NCBI GenBank assembly: GCA_028534125.1
Contig: CM052817.1
Coordinates: 34,536,001 to 34,600,000, forward strand
DNA from: Lama glama
Lineage: Eukaryota
Reading direction: 5' to 3'
DNA: 64,000 bases
Shown here: positions 52,216 to 64,000 of the stretch, piece after piece
Numbering within the stretch: position 1 is the first letter of the stretch
Layout: every line of letters starts with the position of its first letter
The notes under the pieces: generated by a model
What the model saw: the letters and a program-made list of their open reading frames with translations, nothing else
The model's database searches: none
What the model was told of the DNA's origin: nothing
Program-made: the position numbers and the translations under genes

Positions 52216-54991
52216 CTGATGAAATAAAAAATTAAATAAGCAGTTTTCAAACAATCCATTTAATTACACAAGTAGTTTAATACAATGCTCAATATTGACA
52301 CAACCACATGGCATGTTACTTCTGTCAATATGGACAGTAATAAATATTATTTCCTAGGTTACACTATACATTTAATTAGGACAATAATTTTTCTTCTCAA
52401 TTTATCACTAAAGAAACATATTAAGCATTTGGCATACATGTTTTAATGAAAATGTGAGTAAGACAAATTACATTCAGATCTCAGGTTTAATTTAATGTCA
52501 TTATTTATCAAGAACTGGTATTTTCCTAATGAGGTTATTATGAATATTACTGAGATATACTGTAAAAGTACATATAATGTATAAATACAAATTACTAATA
52601 ATTACTGAATAGGAGAAAGTTATTCATCTTCTGTAAGTTTTAAATTACAAACAGAAATCTAAAAATGAAAATCTCCCTACCCTCAGATTTACCCATATAT
52701 CCTTCCTCTTTATTCCTCCATCCCAGCCTCCAGAACAGAGCTGTAACCACTTATTTGCATATTTGTCTCTCCATTGGGCTGTGGGCTTCTTGGTAACAGA
52801 GCCCAAATTTTTTCATTTAAGCACTTAAGCATAACACCTAACAAACAGTAAGTGCTCCAAATATATGTGCTAAGTGAATAATTCCCATTGTTCTGTGTGA
52901 AGCAGTAACCAGTAAACAAACTCTTAGTTGCACTAAGACCTCTAGAGGTAAGTAAATACAATTATTTACAGGGCAATTAATCATTCTATAGTATTTCTAA
53001 TTATCTGCATTGTGAAGTTATATTTCAGAATTCAATTTTTGTTTAAGCAAAGTATAATACTTTCCCCAAAGGTCAGAGGATAATTCTAATAATTTAATTT
53101 AACTTTACTTCAATAAAGAAGCAGCATGTATTCTATATTAGCACTGTGAAAAAATACAACTGTTCAAATCTCTTAAGAAACATAACAGAAATGAACTGAC
53201 TCCCTCACCAAAGCATTGAGTGCTTTGTTATAATGACAGAGACTGTGCTAATAAGGGTGGGAAATAACTGGGGAATGATAAGCCCTTTCAAGAAATTCAT
53301 CTAACTCCTATGGAAACTCCTAAGTGTGCTGAATTGAGTCATGGAGCCTGAGTGAGAAAGGGATGGCAGTTGGGGTGAGTAGGACATTTTAGACATAGTA
53401 ACCTTGTACAAAAACAAAAACCTATCACAAGTAGCTCGGCATGGCTAAGTGGCTAGTGTACAGGCTTTCTGTGCCCAATTATGTTGGAGTTAGGCTGTGG
53501 ATGGGGAGCAAGCGAGATAGTACTGAAAAAAATTATGAAATTTTTATGCTATGAAAAAGGATTTTAGTTTAATCCTGAAAGATATGGGAAGGCACTGAAA
53601 GGTTTTAAGCAAAGAAATGACATGAAGAGAATTGCTTGTTAATCAGACCATTTCAGCATTAGAGTAATGAAAGGACCAGTGCTTGGCAAAACAAATTCAT
53701 TTAACAAATACTACTGAAAACTTACTGTATGCTGAACAAGGCCAAATGGTCAGATGACCATTTAGGAGGCAACTGCAATATCCTAGCCTATAAACCATGG
53801 CAGTGGCAGTGTTAACAAAGCAGTGTGGATCTGAGGGTTAACAGGCATAACTCAGCAATTTTAGGGAAACTGGTTTAGAGTGGGGAAGCAAAAGAGAAAT
53901 CAAAGGATTCCCAAGTTACTGATAATGCTGTTTATCAATATGTGAAATATAACATGAGATACTGATTTTGGTGGACATAGTGTGGGGGGTATTTAGAAAT
54001 CATGAAATTGCCTGTTTGATGTTTTAAAGAACTTATACCAGAGAAAGTTAGACATAATGGATCTAATTATACTTCTCTAGAAAGGAGTAAGTAGAAAATA
54101 GGTATCTCAGAATTAGTATATATGAAACATCTGAAGACATGGGTGGGGGTAAAATTTAGAGCTGTTATTTGTTGTGTTTTTTTTTTTTGTTAGGCACTAC
54201 TGAAAACATTTATGAAATCTAATTCCTATGAGATAGACTTCACTATTATTTTTCATTTTATAGGTGTGACAACTCAGCCATAAAAAAGAATATGCCCAGG
54301 ATCATATAGCTTCCATGAAGCAACAATTCAAAATAGGTATTTTGGCTCCATGATAAGAAATTTCTAGAAATTTATAGAAACCAGCTCTACCACTGGATCA
54401 CACCCATTAAAGTAACTTTACTTCATACTACATTCAGGTTGGAAGTACTTAGCCCTTGTGATGAACTCAATGACAATAGACCACAGAGTTTGGCCACATC
54501 CATGAATCTATACAATATATATATGAGTGCACAGATATATAAATAGGAAAGAGACAAGTATTTTTACAGAAGAACTTCAAATATGTATAGATACCCCTCC
54601 TATGGGAGGTGAAGCTTAATTCTCCCATCCCTATTCCGAAGGTGGGCTATACTAAACAAACAGCTTCCAAAGAATAGTGTAGGTTAAGGGAAAAACAGGA
54701 ACTACAATGGTGAATCTAGGCAAATCTGCCTTAGACAAGTGCTGAAGCCTAACATCACCAGTGATGTCATATAAACTTTATGTACCACAATATGTGGGGT
54801 GAAGGGCACTTTTAGAGGATAATTTTATTTAATTTATAAATGTCATACAAATATTCTAAGCTCCTTCACATTGCGAACATATCTAACTTCTTAAGGCAGA
54901 CAGCTTCTAGATATCACTGATTTGCCATTTTTTGCTATTACATTTAATTATTATTCATTTATTTACTGTTTTACATCTTAAGTTGAACTAC

Positions 54992-55051
54992 CTTTTTGCT
55001 TTGTCCTTGTCATCTTCTTCCACCAATCCATCAAAAATACTACCATCATCT
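54992..55051 (-). CDS. CLOCK: CLOCK coding exon 2
   Basis: DDGSIFDGLVEEDDKDKAK; ttttag acceptor, gtagtt donor. Confidence 0.97.
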
Positions 55052-55254
55052 CTAAAAGAAAAAGGAAGTCGATAGAGAAAGAGCAGACTCACTAAGCAAC
55101 AATAATAACTGAAACAACATGTGACTCAAATCAGTTCTATCCTAGCATTTTTGTAAACAGATTGCATAAATTCAAATCCAATTAATTATTAATGTGTTTT
55201 CTGATATATATATGGACAATTAAATTTAACTATGTCTTACATTTTTTAAAGTCT

Positions 55255-55790
55255 ATTATAGAATGTACAACATCAAGAGTAAACCCTAATGTAAACTAAG
55301 AACTTTGGTTAATAATAATGTGTCCATGTTGGTTCATTGTTTGTACCAAATATGCCACACTGATGGGGGATGCTGAGGGTAGGGGTGTATATATGTGTGG
55401 AGGGCTACATACAAAATCTGCACTTTCTGCTCAATTCTGCTATGACCCTGAAACTACTCTAAAAAATAAAGTTTATTAATAAAAAAAAATATGGAAACAC
55501 ATGTTTCAGAAAATGCAAATTAAGGCCGCAATGAGAAAAAAAAAAAAAACAGGGCAGGCAATTCATACTGGTTTTAAAACATGCCTTTGATAAGTATGTA
55601 TAGAAATAGAGCCAGGGCTGAAGGGATGAAGAATAGAGTAGCTGCTATTGGGTTTTTGCAGGTGATGGAAATGTTTTAGACTTAGAGTGGGGATGCTGGA
55701 CCATCTTTGTAAATTTACTAAAATGATTGAACTGTACATTTTGAAAGAGTGAATTTTACGGCACATGAATTATATCTCAAAAAAAATGTC
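55255..55790 (+). mobile_element. Old L1M 3' end fragments
   Basis: tagaatgtacaacatcaagagtaaaccctaatgtaaacta...ctctaaaaaataaagt and gatggaaatgttttaga...gaattatatctcaa. Confidence 0.75.
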
Positions 55791-56019
55791 CAGGAAAAAT
55801 ACTACAAGGGAATAAACTAAAATGATAACCATTAAAATAAATAAATAAAGTCTATCATAATAAACAAGAATTTAATTTAATCAAAAGGTAAATATCTTGC
55901 TCCAAACTATTTACATCATAGAAAAGGGAAGAAAGCTGCCCCTAGATGTCAAAAGTCACTTCTGCACCCAACTCTAGCTACAAAACTCTTAAAGAATCTC
56001 CTGTGGAAGAGTCACACAG

Positions 56020-56225
56020 TATACTATAATAAAAGCATAGGAACTCTAGTGTCAGACAGACCAACATAGGTCATAATTCCAGCTCATTATTTACTATGTG
56101 ACCTTAAACAAGTTACTTAACCTCTCTGACCTAGTTTCCTCATCTGTAAAATCTCATGGAATTACTCTGAAGTTAAATGAAGTAAGACATAAAACAATAT
56201 TCTGCACATTAGCTGTCAAAGAATA
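56020..56225 (+). mobile_element. MIR SINE remnant
   Basis: tgtgaccttaaacaagttacttaacctctctgacctagtttcctcatctgtaaaat. Confidence 0.8.
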
Positions 56226-56261
56226 GGTGTTTTTTAAAAATGTTACTATATTTTAACAAAT

Positions 56262-56405
56262 TTAAGATACCACTGACTATAAGACTTATTTTATGTGGCA
56301 TTAAGAAAAAAATGCTACCAATTAAACTATGATAAGCCAACTGTTAAGTTGAGTCTCAATGTCAGATGTTAAAATGTAAAAAAAATTTTAAAAAAAGTTT
56401 TAAAA
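56262..56405. mobile_element. TcMar/Tc2 DNA transposon remnant (MER104-like)
   Basis: taagataccactgactataagac...ccaattaaactatga...cagatgttaaaatgt resembles the recalled consensus. Confidence 0.4.
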
Positions 56406-56861
56406 TCAAATATACAAGGAAGTCTATCCTTTTTCCAAGAGTAAGAGTTAAAGATTATAATTTCAACTAATGAAATCCTAATTAGTTACCTCTTAGCAGT
56501 CAAATGCTAAGATGCTTAAAGGGCTGAGGTTAGCACCAACAGATAAGGAGACAGATGATTCCAGAAAGTGCCAAGGAAATTATCTGCAAATGTCTTAACT
56601 TCTTTCAGAGCAGTTCAGACTAAATCATTCAAAATAATAACTCAAGATTCATTTAGAACACAAGTTGCACACTGTTTATTTGCCTCTAGATAAAATACCA
56701 TACTTACTATTATGCAGTACTTGCTCAGTACAGAAGGTGAATGTAATAGTAATTATAGCTAAATATAAAATTCCTTTTATCAGTTTGATGTAGACCATTA
56801 CTCTGTGAATTTTTAAAATAGTTTTATATAATTCAAGATAAAAGAGTCTCTAAAAACATAC

Positions 56862-56908
56862 CTGTCAACAAGTGAGCTCATTTTACTACAGCTTACGGTA
56901 AACAACAT
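56862..56908 (-). CDS. CLOCK: CLOCK coding exon 1 (whole exon 56862-56951 including 43 nt of 5' UTR)
   Basis: ATG at 56908; MLFTVSCSKMSSLVD(R); acceptor ccaag ending at 56952, donor gtatgt. Confidence 0.97.
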
Positions 56909-56940
56909 AACATACTACGTTTTCGTCTTGTGGTAGACAT
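56893..56940 (-). promoter_or_regulatory. Overlapping out-of-frame uORF (MSTTRRKRSMLCCLP*)
   Basis: ATGs at 56940 and 56913 share one frame, with TAA at 56895-56893 inside the CLOCK CDS. Confidence 0.6.
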
Positions 56941-57499
56941 TTGTACTTCTCCTTGGGTAGAAAGAAAGATAAATCATCATTAGTTTCTAAAAAACTTATT
57001 TCTACACACACAGTAAACTTAAGAAACACTATATGTTATCCTAGAGGTTTCAAAATGTTTTTGTTTGTACCAAAGGGTGGAATATTATTTTCAAGCAAAT
57101 ATCCTTAGTTGATGCACATTTAAGGCTTTTTTTTCCTTCTAAAAAAGGATTTCACAGGGGGAAAAAAATGAAGCTCATAATTCATTTTCTTTCTAAAACA
57201 AAATGATCAAAATTTAAAAGCCACTATTAATGTTCAGTATATATTAGACTATGTAACTATAAATAGGTTGTAATAACACCATCCAATGGGCAATAAACAT
57301 TTGTTGAAAGCCTGTTTTCTGTTTAACAGTACAGTTAGCTTTGGAAATACAAGGATGAAAGACACAGTCATGGTTGGCAAAAATCTGCATTGAATAGGGA
57401 GATACTAAATAATTATAATTAAGGAATAAAGAAAGCATATGGGGGGAGTCAGGGAAATATTCTTGATATTTCTAGATTCTTGATATTGAACAAGGCAGT

Positions 57500-57670
57500 C
57501 TAGATTCTTGTTACTGAAAATGTGGTCCAGAGACCATCAGCATCATGTGACAGCTTGTTAAAATACAGAATCTTGGGCCCAACCTTAAGTCCTACTGAAA
57601 AAGATCTTCATTATAACAAAGTCTCCACGTGATTTGTATGACAATTTAAGTTTGAGAAATAACAGACTAA
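57500..57670. mobile_element. MER5-like hAT-Charlie element
   Basis: tgtggtccagagaccatcagcatc...gcttgttaaaatacagaatcttgggccc...aagtttgagaa. Confidence 0.7.
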
Positions 57671-59292
57671 AGGACAGGAAGAGGTAATAGTTGAAAGGAT
57701 TCTAAACTATAAGAATAGCAATTTGCAAAGGCACAAGCCTTTATGAGATGAGAGAGCGTCCTATTTGAGAACTTAAGAGGCTTAGCATTTTCTTTAGAGA
57801 AAAATCTAGGCATATCACAAATGGAAGTTTTAATTACTAGAGCATGAAGTGAGAGAGAGTAGGAGTGGTAGAGGGGTGGAAGCAAGTCAAGAAGAGCCTT
57901 ACTATAAAGGGTCTCATACTAACATTGAAGGAATTAAAATTTACTGCTTTAAAACTGAATCATAAGCCTAAAATTTCTCTCTCTATATTCTATGTAGTTC
58001 TAAAGTATAAGGCAAGTTTTACCCATGATACTTATATTTTATAGTCATTAATTAAATACTGAATAATCACCTTACTTCTAATAACTATCCTAACAGTATG
58101 AGGCATTAAGAGAAAATTCTACTTTATTATATTTTTCATTTAAAATTAAGAAAATAGTGTAAATTAATGTGTATCTCTAACTAAACCAGAAAAGATTAAA
58201 GGGCATGAGATTCTAAAATATTATCTCATTGTTTTCAAATGTGCATTTACGAGAAGAAGAGAGAATAACCCTTGATAAATGATGCTGCACTGCCTATGTG
58301 GTTATGGCTGCAGAAGTGGGACTGTAAAGGGCTAAGAGGTCTTAAAAGATAACGAGTGGGGGAGTCAGAGTTAAAAATAAAAATAAGTAGCTCTAGGATA
58401 AAACAATGATTTTAAGTGTCTGGGTCAACATCAGCAGATGGAACACAAAATTACAGAATTTTAGAGAAGAGATTTTAAAGATCACCTGTGGTCCAACAGA
58501 CATACTTATTTCATCATGGTAATAACAGAGGCTGGTTCTATCATCAGAACAAAAAGAACAGTGCAAAGGTAACACAGCCAATTTAGATGAATTTAAAAAG
58601 AACCATTTCAGTTTAAACTTAAAAGACCAGATCTGAGACTTACATAGCAACAAGTATATGCTTGTTTAATTACCAAAAGGTAGAACAGGGCAAACAATGG
58701 GGAAAAAAAGGACCCTAAAAACCAGGGCTTAAGACTATAAACAGGAGCCATGCTAATTATAAGGGAAATAAATCCAAAATGCTTTAGGAAGACAGACTGG
58801 TAAGCATTAGGCTGTCTTAATATTGTTGTTAACAATATTTTTCCAAATACTATTTGTTGTCTAGCTAACTGAATAATATAAAACTACATCTCTAAAAGTC
58901 TAGTCCAAGAGTTTCAGATCTTTTCTCTACTTTCTCAGACAATTGACAGACATGCTATATTTAAGGGAAGATAAGGGAAGAGGTGAAGTAGGCCCAAATA
59001 AGCACTCTAGAGCAACTGTTACAAGATTCCTCTTGACTTCTTTAAATGGTGTTGAATTAACTTTAACAAAACAAAGCGGTAATGGGGGAGCACCCAAAAG
59101 GTCTTGTGTGGGGACTACCCTAGGACTGATGCTTTCAGTACAAAAAGACTAGTAGGCAGAGTCATAACTGCTCTTGCTATGGATTCTAAGGATTCATTTT
59201 TAGAAGACATGAAATGTCCCTACATACAGCAAGCAATTTCAAATAGATGGTATAATATAGATTAAATATTATTATTAAAAGCCTTTTTTCTT

Positions 59293-59333
59293 TTTTTTCC
59301 TGAGGTATAGTCAGTTTACAATGTTGTGTCAAT
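59293..59333 (-). mobile_element. Minimal L1 3'-tip insertion with 15-bp TSD
   Basis: Reverse complement resembles the L1 terminus at 43050-43085; TSD aaagccttttttctt at 59278-59292 and 59334-59348. Confidence 0.85.
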
Positions 59334-60399
59334 AAAGCCTTTTTTCTTAAATATTGACATTAATAGGCCAGTGTGGTATGCAATAATGACTTTGAGAGGA
59401 TCAGTTATAGACATTGGAATCCAAAGATCACAAATTATAAAGGATCAAATTACAGTTACGAATCAAATGCTCCTTTATATAAGAAACTTGAGCTCAGAAT
59501 CATTCAGTGATATGACTTCCCAGCTGAGTAAGTACCACGATACTATTTTATCACAATGATGGTCAAGAACGGCATATTTTTTTACAAATATTTTAAAAGC
59601 CATTTAAAAAAAAATATTATCAAATGGGAAGGTATTAATAACAAACTCTGTAAGCAATTCAAACTTTGCCAAATACAGAAGCAGATATGTTTTAAATTCA
59701 GCATGCAACATTACACATAATTAACAGAAAATCTCAGTGCCTGGCATTCCATCTTTGGAAAAGAACTCATGTATAAAATAACACATTCTGCATTAAAAAT
59801 AAACTATGCAGTATCTAATGACATGATACTACTTGTCCTCTGAATCCCATCTGCTGTCACCTCTCAAGGCTTTCCACTTCTACAACACTAATTTCTCCCT
59901 CTATAACTGGATTATTCTGATCAACATCTTAGTATTTTACCTTAAAAAAACAAAGCACAAACAAAATCCCCCTGACTCACCATCCCCCTTCAGGTACTGG
60001 CTTCCTTTTCTGCCTGCTTTTACAGAAAAACAACTTATCAGAGTTGTGTACAGCTGGTGTTTCAACATCTTTAATTCCACTCTCTTATTTTTAAATTTAG
60101 TGTTTATTTTCACAAATGTATACTTGTTCGAAGTTTCAAGTGTCCAAACAGACTTAAGAGACTTTTTTAAAAAATCAGAAATCCTCTGATCCCCATTGCC
60201 TATTTCCAACCACTTTCATCTCTTTAACTGTCTCCTTGGGTAGTTAACTCTCTAATAACTTTTACTTTGTTACTTCTTGATTCTTTCTGTTTTAGGTAGG
60301 GTGCCTCCTACACATTCCCAATTTATTCGAGTTTTCCCAATGTAATAAGTAAGCAATTATTACATTGCTTGCTTTTGCCCTCAAAAGTGTCTTTGTTTT

Positions 60400-61760
60400 T
60401 TTAGGTATTATCTATTGAACTTCACTATGAAAAATAATAATTTAGCTTTAACTCCCCTATCCTTACCTCATACATATGCCTACTTGCCCAGATTCCCAAC
60501 ACCATGATTTTTGGCTAGGTGGTTATACTCAGAATTAACATTATTATGATTCTGTAAATGCAATTAACAGCTGAGCCATATAGTATACTAATTACTTTTC
60601 TTTTCTAGTTTTCCCTAGAGTCAATCATTGTTTTATTATTTACCTAGTTTTCTACATACTTATCACCAGTTCAGCCCCAAACTCTTCTCTGTCTAAATCT
60701 ACTCTTGATATCTTCAAACCTATTACAAATTCTACCAATTTACTCTTTTCACAGATATTTCTCTTGGTCCCTTCTGACCAATTCCTACTGGGACTGGATG
60801 GCTGTAACTGGTAATCGTAGGATCATTCTTCACTATCATCTTAGTGATTTCCTGGGTCTCTACTTAACTTGCATTTCCTGTTTTTCCTATTCTATGGGTT
60901 CATTTTTGTAGTTTACTTCTTTTTTGTTGAGTTCCTCCTACAATAATTGCCCAAGAAAGGAAACACGGCAGATAAAATTTTTTGGGTCATCACAAGTCTA
61001 CAACTGTCATTAATCTTTAATCAACAGTTTAGCTAGATATTGAATACTGAGTAGGAAATAATTTTTCCTTAAGAATTTTTTTAAAGGCTTCCCTATCTTC
61101 GAGTTTCCAGTGTGGAATCAAGAAGTCCAAAGCCATGCTGATTACTGATCCTTTATATGTGACCTCCTATTTTTCTTATTTTGGAAGCTCCACTGTGTTC
61201 TAAAATTAAACAATAATATGCCCTATTTTGGACTAATCTTCATATTTGTATTGGTCATTCTATGGGCTCTTTCTACTTGGAAATTTGTGTCCTCTAATTT
61301 CTGGACAGTTTTGTTGAATCGTTCTCTATTCCCTATTTCTCCCCTCTAGTTACTCTATTCTCTTTTTCTGGAACTCCTATTATTTGAACACTGAAGATCC
61401 TGGACAATTGCTCCAATTTTCTTATTTCTTCTCTCCAATTTTCTCTTTGCTTCACTTTCAATATATCAATACTATTTTTGAGCCCTTCCATTGAGTTTTC
61501 CATTTCTAATTTCATTTTTTATTGTTTCTCTTTTATGTTTCACAGATTTAGCATCTCCTCTTACCTTTCTGAAACTATTAAATGACAGTTTTGTGTTTCT
61601 CTCAATTCTTACCTACTGAGTTGGTCTCCACTTCCCCTAACTTGGTATTTTCTTTTTTGGTTTGGTCTTTGACTCTCACAAAAGAGGCATTCCTAAAATG
61701 TCTAGTGATCTTTGGTCACAGGCCCGTATTTAAGGGTAGGATACTGTGAACTTTGTTGTA
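60400..61760 (-). mobile_element. Old L1/HAL1-type remnant with ORF1-like peptide
   Basis: ORF 61333-61515 (LEMENSMEGLKNSID...VQIIGVPEKE) resembles L1 ORF1p; boundaries approximate. Confidence 0.65.
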
Positions 61761-62467
61761 GCAATACCAGGTTGGAATATTTCTTTGGGGAAATTCTTAA
61801 TGTTGTTATCTTCAGACCATTTCTCTAGGTTGGTTTTAATTCCTAGAGAAGACTCTTCTAAACTATTCACTGAAAATTACAAAAATCTGAATAGCCTAGA
61901 ATCTTAATCCTTTATTTTTAATATAGTACCCACATTTTCAACTATGTTTGGTGCCCTCTATTTTGTCCTTGCTAGAAAATAAATCTCTAGCCCTCTGCTA
62001 AGAAAGGCAAGAGGGATAGTTACCTGGGTTTCCAAAGTCAGGGAAAGGATTTACGGAGCAGAATAACCTTATAAACAAATTTTCAACAAATCACCCTGTT
62101 TTTAGTCCCACCCTCACTCTTATTTGCAGAAGTAAAGAATACATTCAACTCCTGAACATTTTAGAGGCCCTACAGTAACACAAAGTTTGTTTCTGAACAT
62201 TCCCACAGTGGGCCTGGGATTCTAGGATCTACAAGACAGTTACCACACTTCCTTTGGCTTTTCAGGATCCAAAATTTTGTTGCAATTATTTCCTCTCCCA
62301 TTCTCTTTGCTCGTTCAGAAAAATCCTTTAGCTTTAATACAGTTTCGAGAGAAAATGGAAGTTAACTGTATTTTTTGCCATCTTTAATCAAACTTTTTCA
62401 TTCTCACTTCATCAGTTTTAATCAGGCTTTCATCCTCACCAACTCCCACTGAGACTGCTCACTCTTT

Positions 62468-62577
62468 TTTTGGAGGGTGGGGGAAGGATGTAGAGAAAAC
62501 CAGCACTTTTGTATATTTATTGCTGATGACACTGAGAAAGTCAGCTAGCAGTACCTGCCAGAACTTATAGTACACAT
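62468..62577 (-). mobile_element. Unidentified 110-nt retro-insertion with 14-bp TSD
   Basis: actgctcactcttt at 62454-62467 and 62578-62591; short T run at left; AATAAA on - at 62516-62521. Confidence 0.7.
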
Positions 62578-62774
62578 ACTGCTCACTCTTTACTACAGTT
62601 ATCAATGACATTCATGCTGACTAACAGCTGCTTTACTCTACTCTCAGTAACGTGGGATATAAATGACTATTTATGCATTTATTACTTTTCTTTTCCTGGC
62701 TTCTGTGACAGAACACTTTCCTACTTTTCTATCCATCTCACTAGCTGCTCCTTCTCTGATTAGTACTGGTATGT

Positions 62775-64000
62775 CCTTGAGGAATGGCCTGGCAGCCAAT
62801 AAGACTGAAAGCCACCCTCACCTACCAAAGCAAACACAGTAGTCAGCCCCATCACATCAGAAAAGCCACAAAGGGGACACTACTAGAATATATGGCTCTG
62901 GTGACCAGACGCAAGTGTGCTACTGGGCCCCACAGGACTTCTAAATAAGGTGACTTCTCCAAGACTGGGAAACATAACTGACATACATAGTATATAAAAA
63001 TAAACACAGAAAATCAGAAAATCAGGCAAAATGAGGAGATAGGGGAGTATGTTCTAAACTACAGAACAAGAAAAAAAGGCAGAAAAAGAGCTAAGTTTAA
63101 CTAGAGATAAGCAATCTCCCTGATAAAGAGTTCAAGGTAATGACCATAAAAAATGTTCAAAGAACTCAGAAGAATGAACAAAGGCAGAAGTTTAACAAAG
63201 AGTTAGAAAATATAGAGAAGAATCAAAAAGAGTTGAAGAACACAAAAACTGAAATAAGAAATACTGCAGAAGAAACCAACAGTAAATTAGATGATACAGA
63301 GAAATAGATCACTGAACTGGAAGACAGAGTAGTGGAAATCATCCAAGCTAAAGAGAAGAAGAATTTTTTTTTTAAATGAGATGCCTTAAGACACCTTTAG
63401 AACATCAAGCATACTAACATTCAAATTATAGGAGTCCAAGAAAGGTGAGAGACAGAGGAAGCGGCAGAGAACTTATCTGAAAAAATAAACCTGAAAACTT
63501 CCCTAACCTGGGAAAGATCCATGTCCTGGCTGAGAAAGCACAAAGAGTTCCAAACAAGATCAACTCAAAAAAGTCCACATCAAGAAACACTGTAACTAAA
63601 ATGGCAAAAATTAAAGATACAGAATCTTAAAAAAAAAAAAAAAAAGCAAGAGAAAGCAACTAGTTAAGTACAAGGGAGCTCTCAGCAGACATTTTGAAGG
63701 CCAGAGGGGGGTTTCAAGATATATTCAAAGTGATGAAAGGAAAAACCTACAACCAAAAGTAGTAAACTTGACAAGGCTATCTTTCAGATTTCAAGGAAAG
63801 ATAAAGGGTTTTACAGACAAGCAAAAGTTAAAAGAGTTCAGCACCACTAAACTGGCTTTACAAGAAATGTTAAAGGAAAGTCTCTAAGTGGAAAAGAAGA
63901 CCATAACCAGAAATACAAAAACTCCAAAAAAAACCTCACTGGTAAAGGAAAACATACAGTAAAGGTAGTAGCTAGGAGGAAGATTAAAAAGCAAAAGTAG
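62775..64000 (+). mobile_element. L1 5' region and degenerate ORF1, continuing past the window end
   Basis: Broken ORF1-like peptides from 63031 (ISNLPDKEFKV, NIQIIGVQE, ENFPNLGK, EFSTTKLALQEMLK). Confidence 0.88.

Larger units (their letters stand above)
9815..56908 (-). other. CLOCK: CLOCK gene, span of complete coding region (20 coding exons, 851 aa bHLH-PAS transcription factor)
   Basis: Exon lengths 47,60,149,92,90,121,114,119,83,107,148,76,142,101,90,153,210,203,271,180 sum to 2556 nt. Phases are compatible and all introns are GT-AG. Confidence 0.99.

Noticed and set aside
56127..56137. Second consensus RORE (AAACTAGGTCA on -)
   Set aside because: Sits within a MIR core and matches the chance expectation for this motif.
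1..64000. Prokaryote-type systems (CRISPR arrays, operons) or a novel intronic protein-coding gene
   Set aside because: The sequence is mammalian. No regularly spaced repeat array was seen, and every ORF with recognisable content is a CLOCK/TMEM165 exon or a transposon remnant.

Overview
Mammalian genomic DNA, AT-rich, probably camelid given two tRNA-Ala-derived Vic-1-like SINEs. The window holds the last coding exon and 3' UTR of TMEM165 on + (237-~1110) and, convergent with it, the complete coding region of the circadian gene CLOCK on -. CLOCK has 20 coding exons between 56908 and 9815, all with GT-AG boundaries. They sum to 2556 nt = 851 aa + stop with no frameshift, and are followed by a ~7.5 kb 3' UTR. 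The CLOCK promoter and upstream non-coding exons were not found and probably lie beyond the right edge. Introns are filled with L1, L2, MIR, LTR and DNA-transposon remnants. I found no evidence of a wholly new biological system. The most notable observations are: an out-of-frame uORF overlapping the CLOCK start codon; a non-consensus +3 base at the donor of the Clock-delta19-equivalent exon; a Q11 tract; a tailless 5S rRNA retropseudogene with TSDs; a twin-primed inverted L1; an unidentified 110-nt TSD-flanked retro-insert; and an unexplained 58-bp dispersed duplication. Repeat family names and all human/mouse comparisons come from memory, not from searches.
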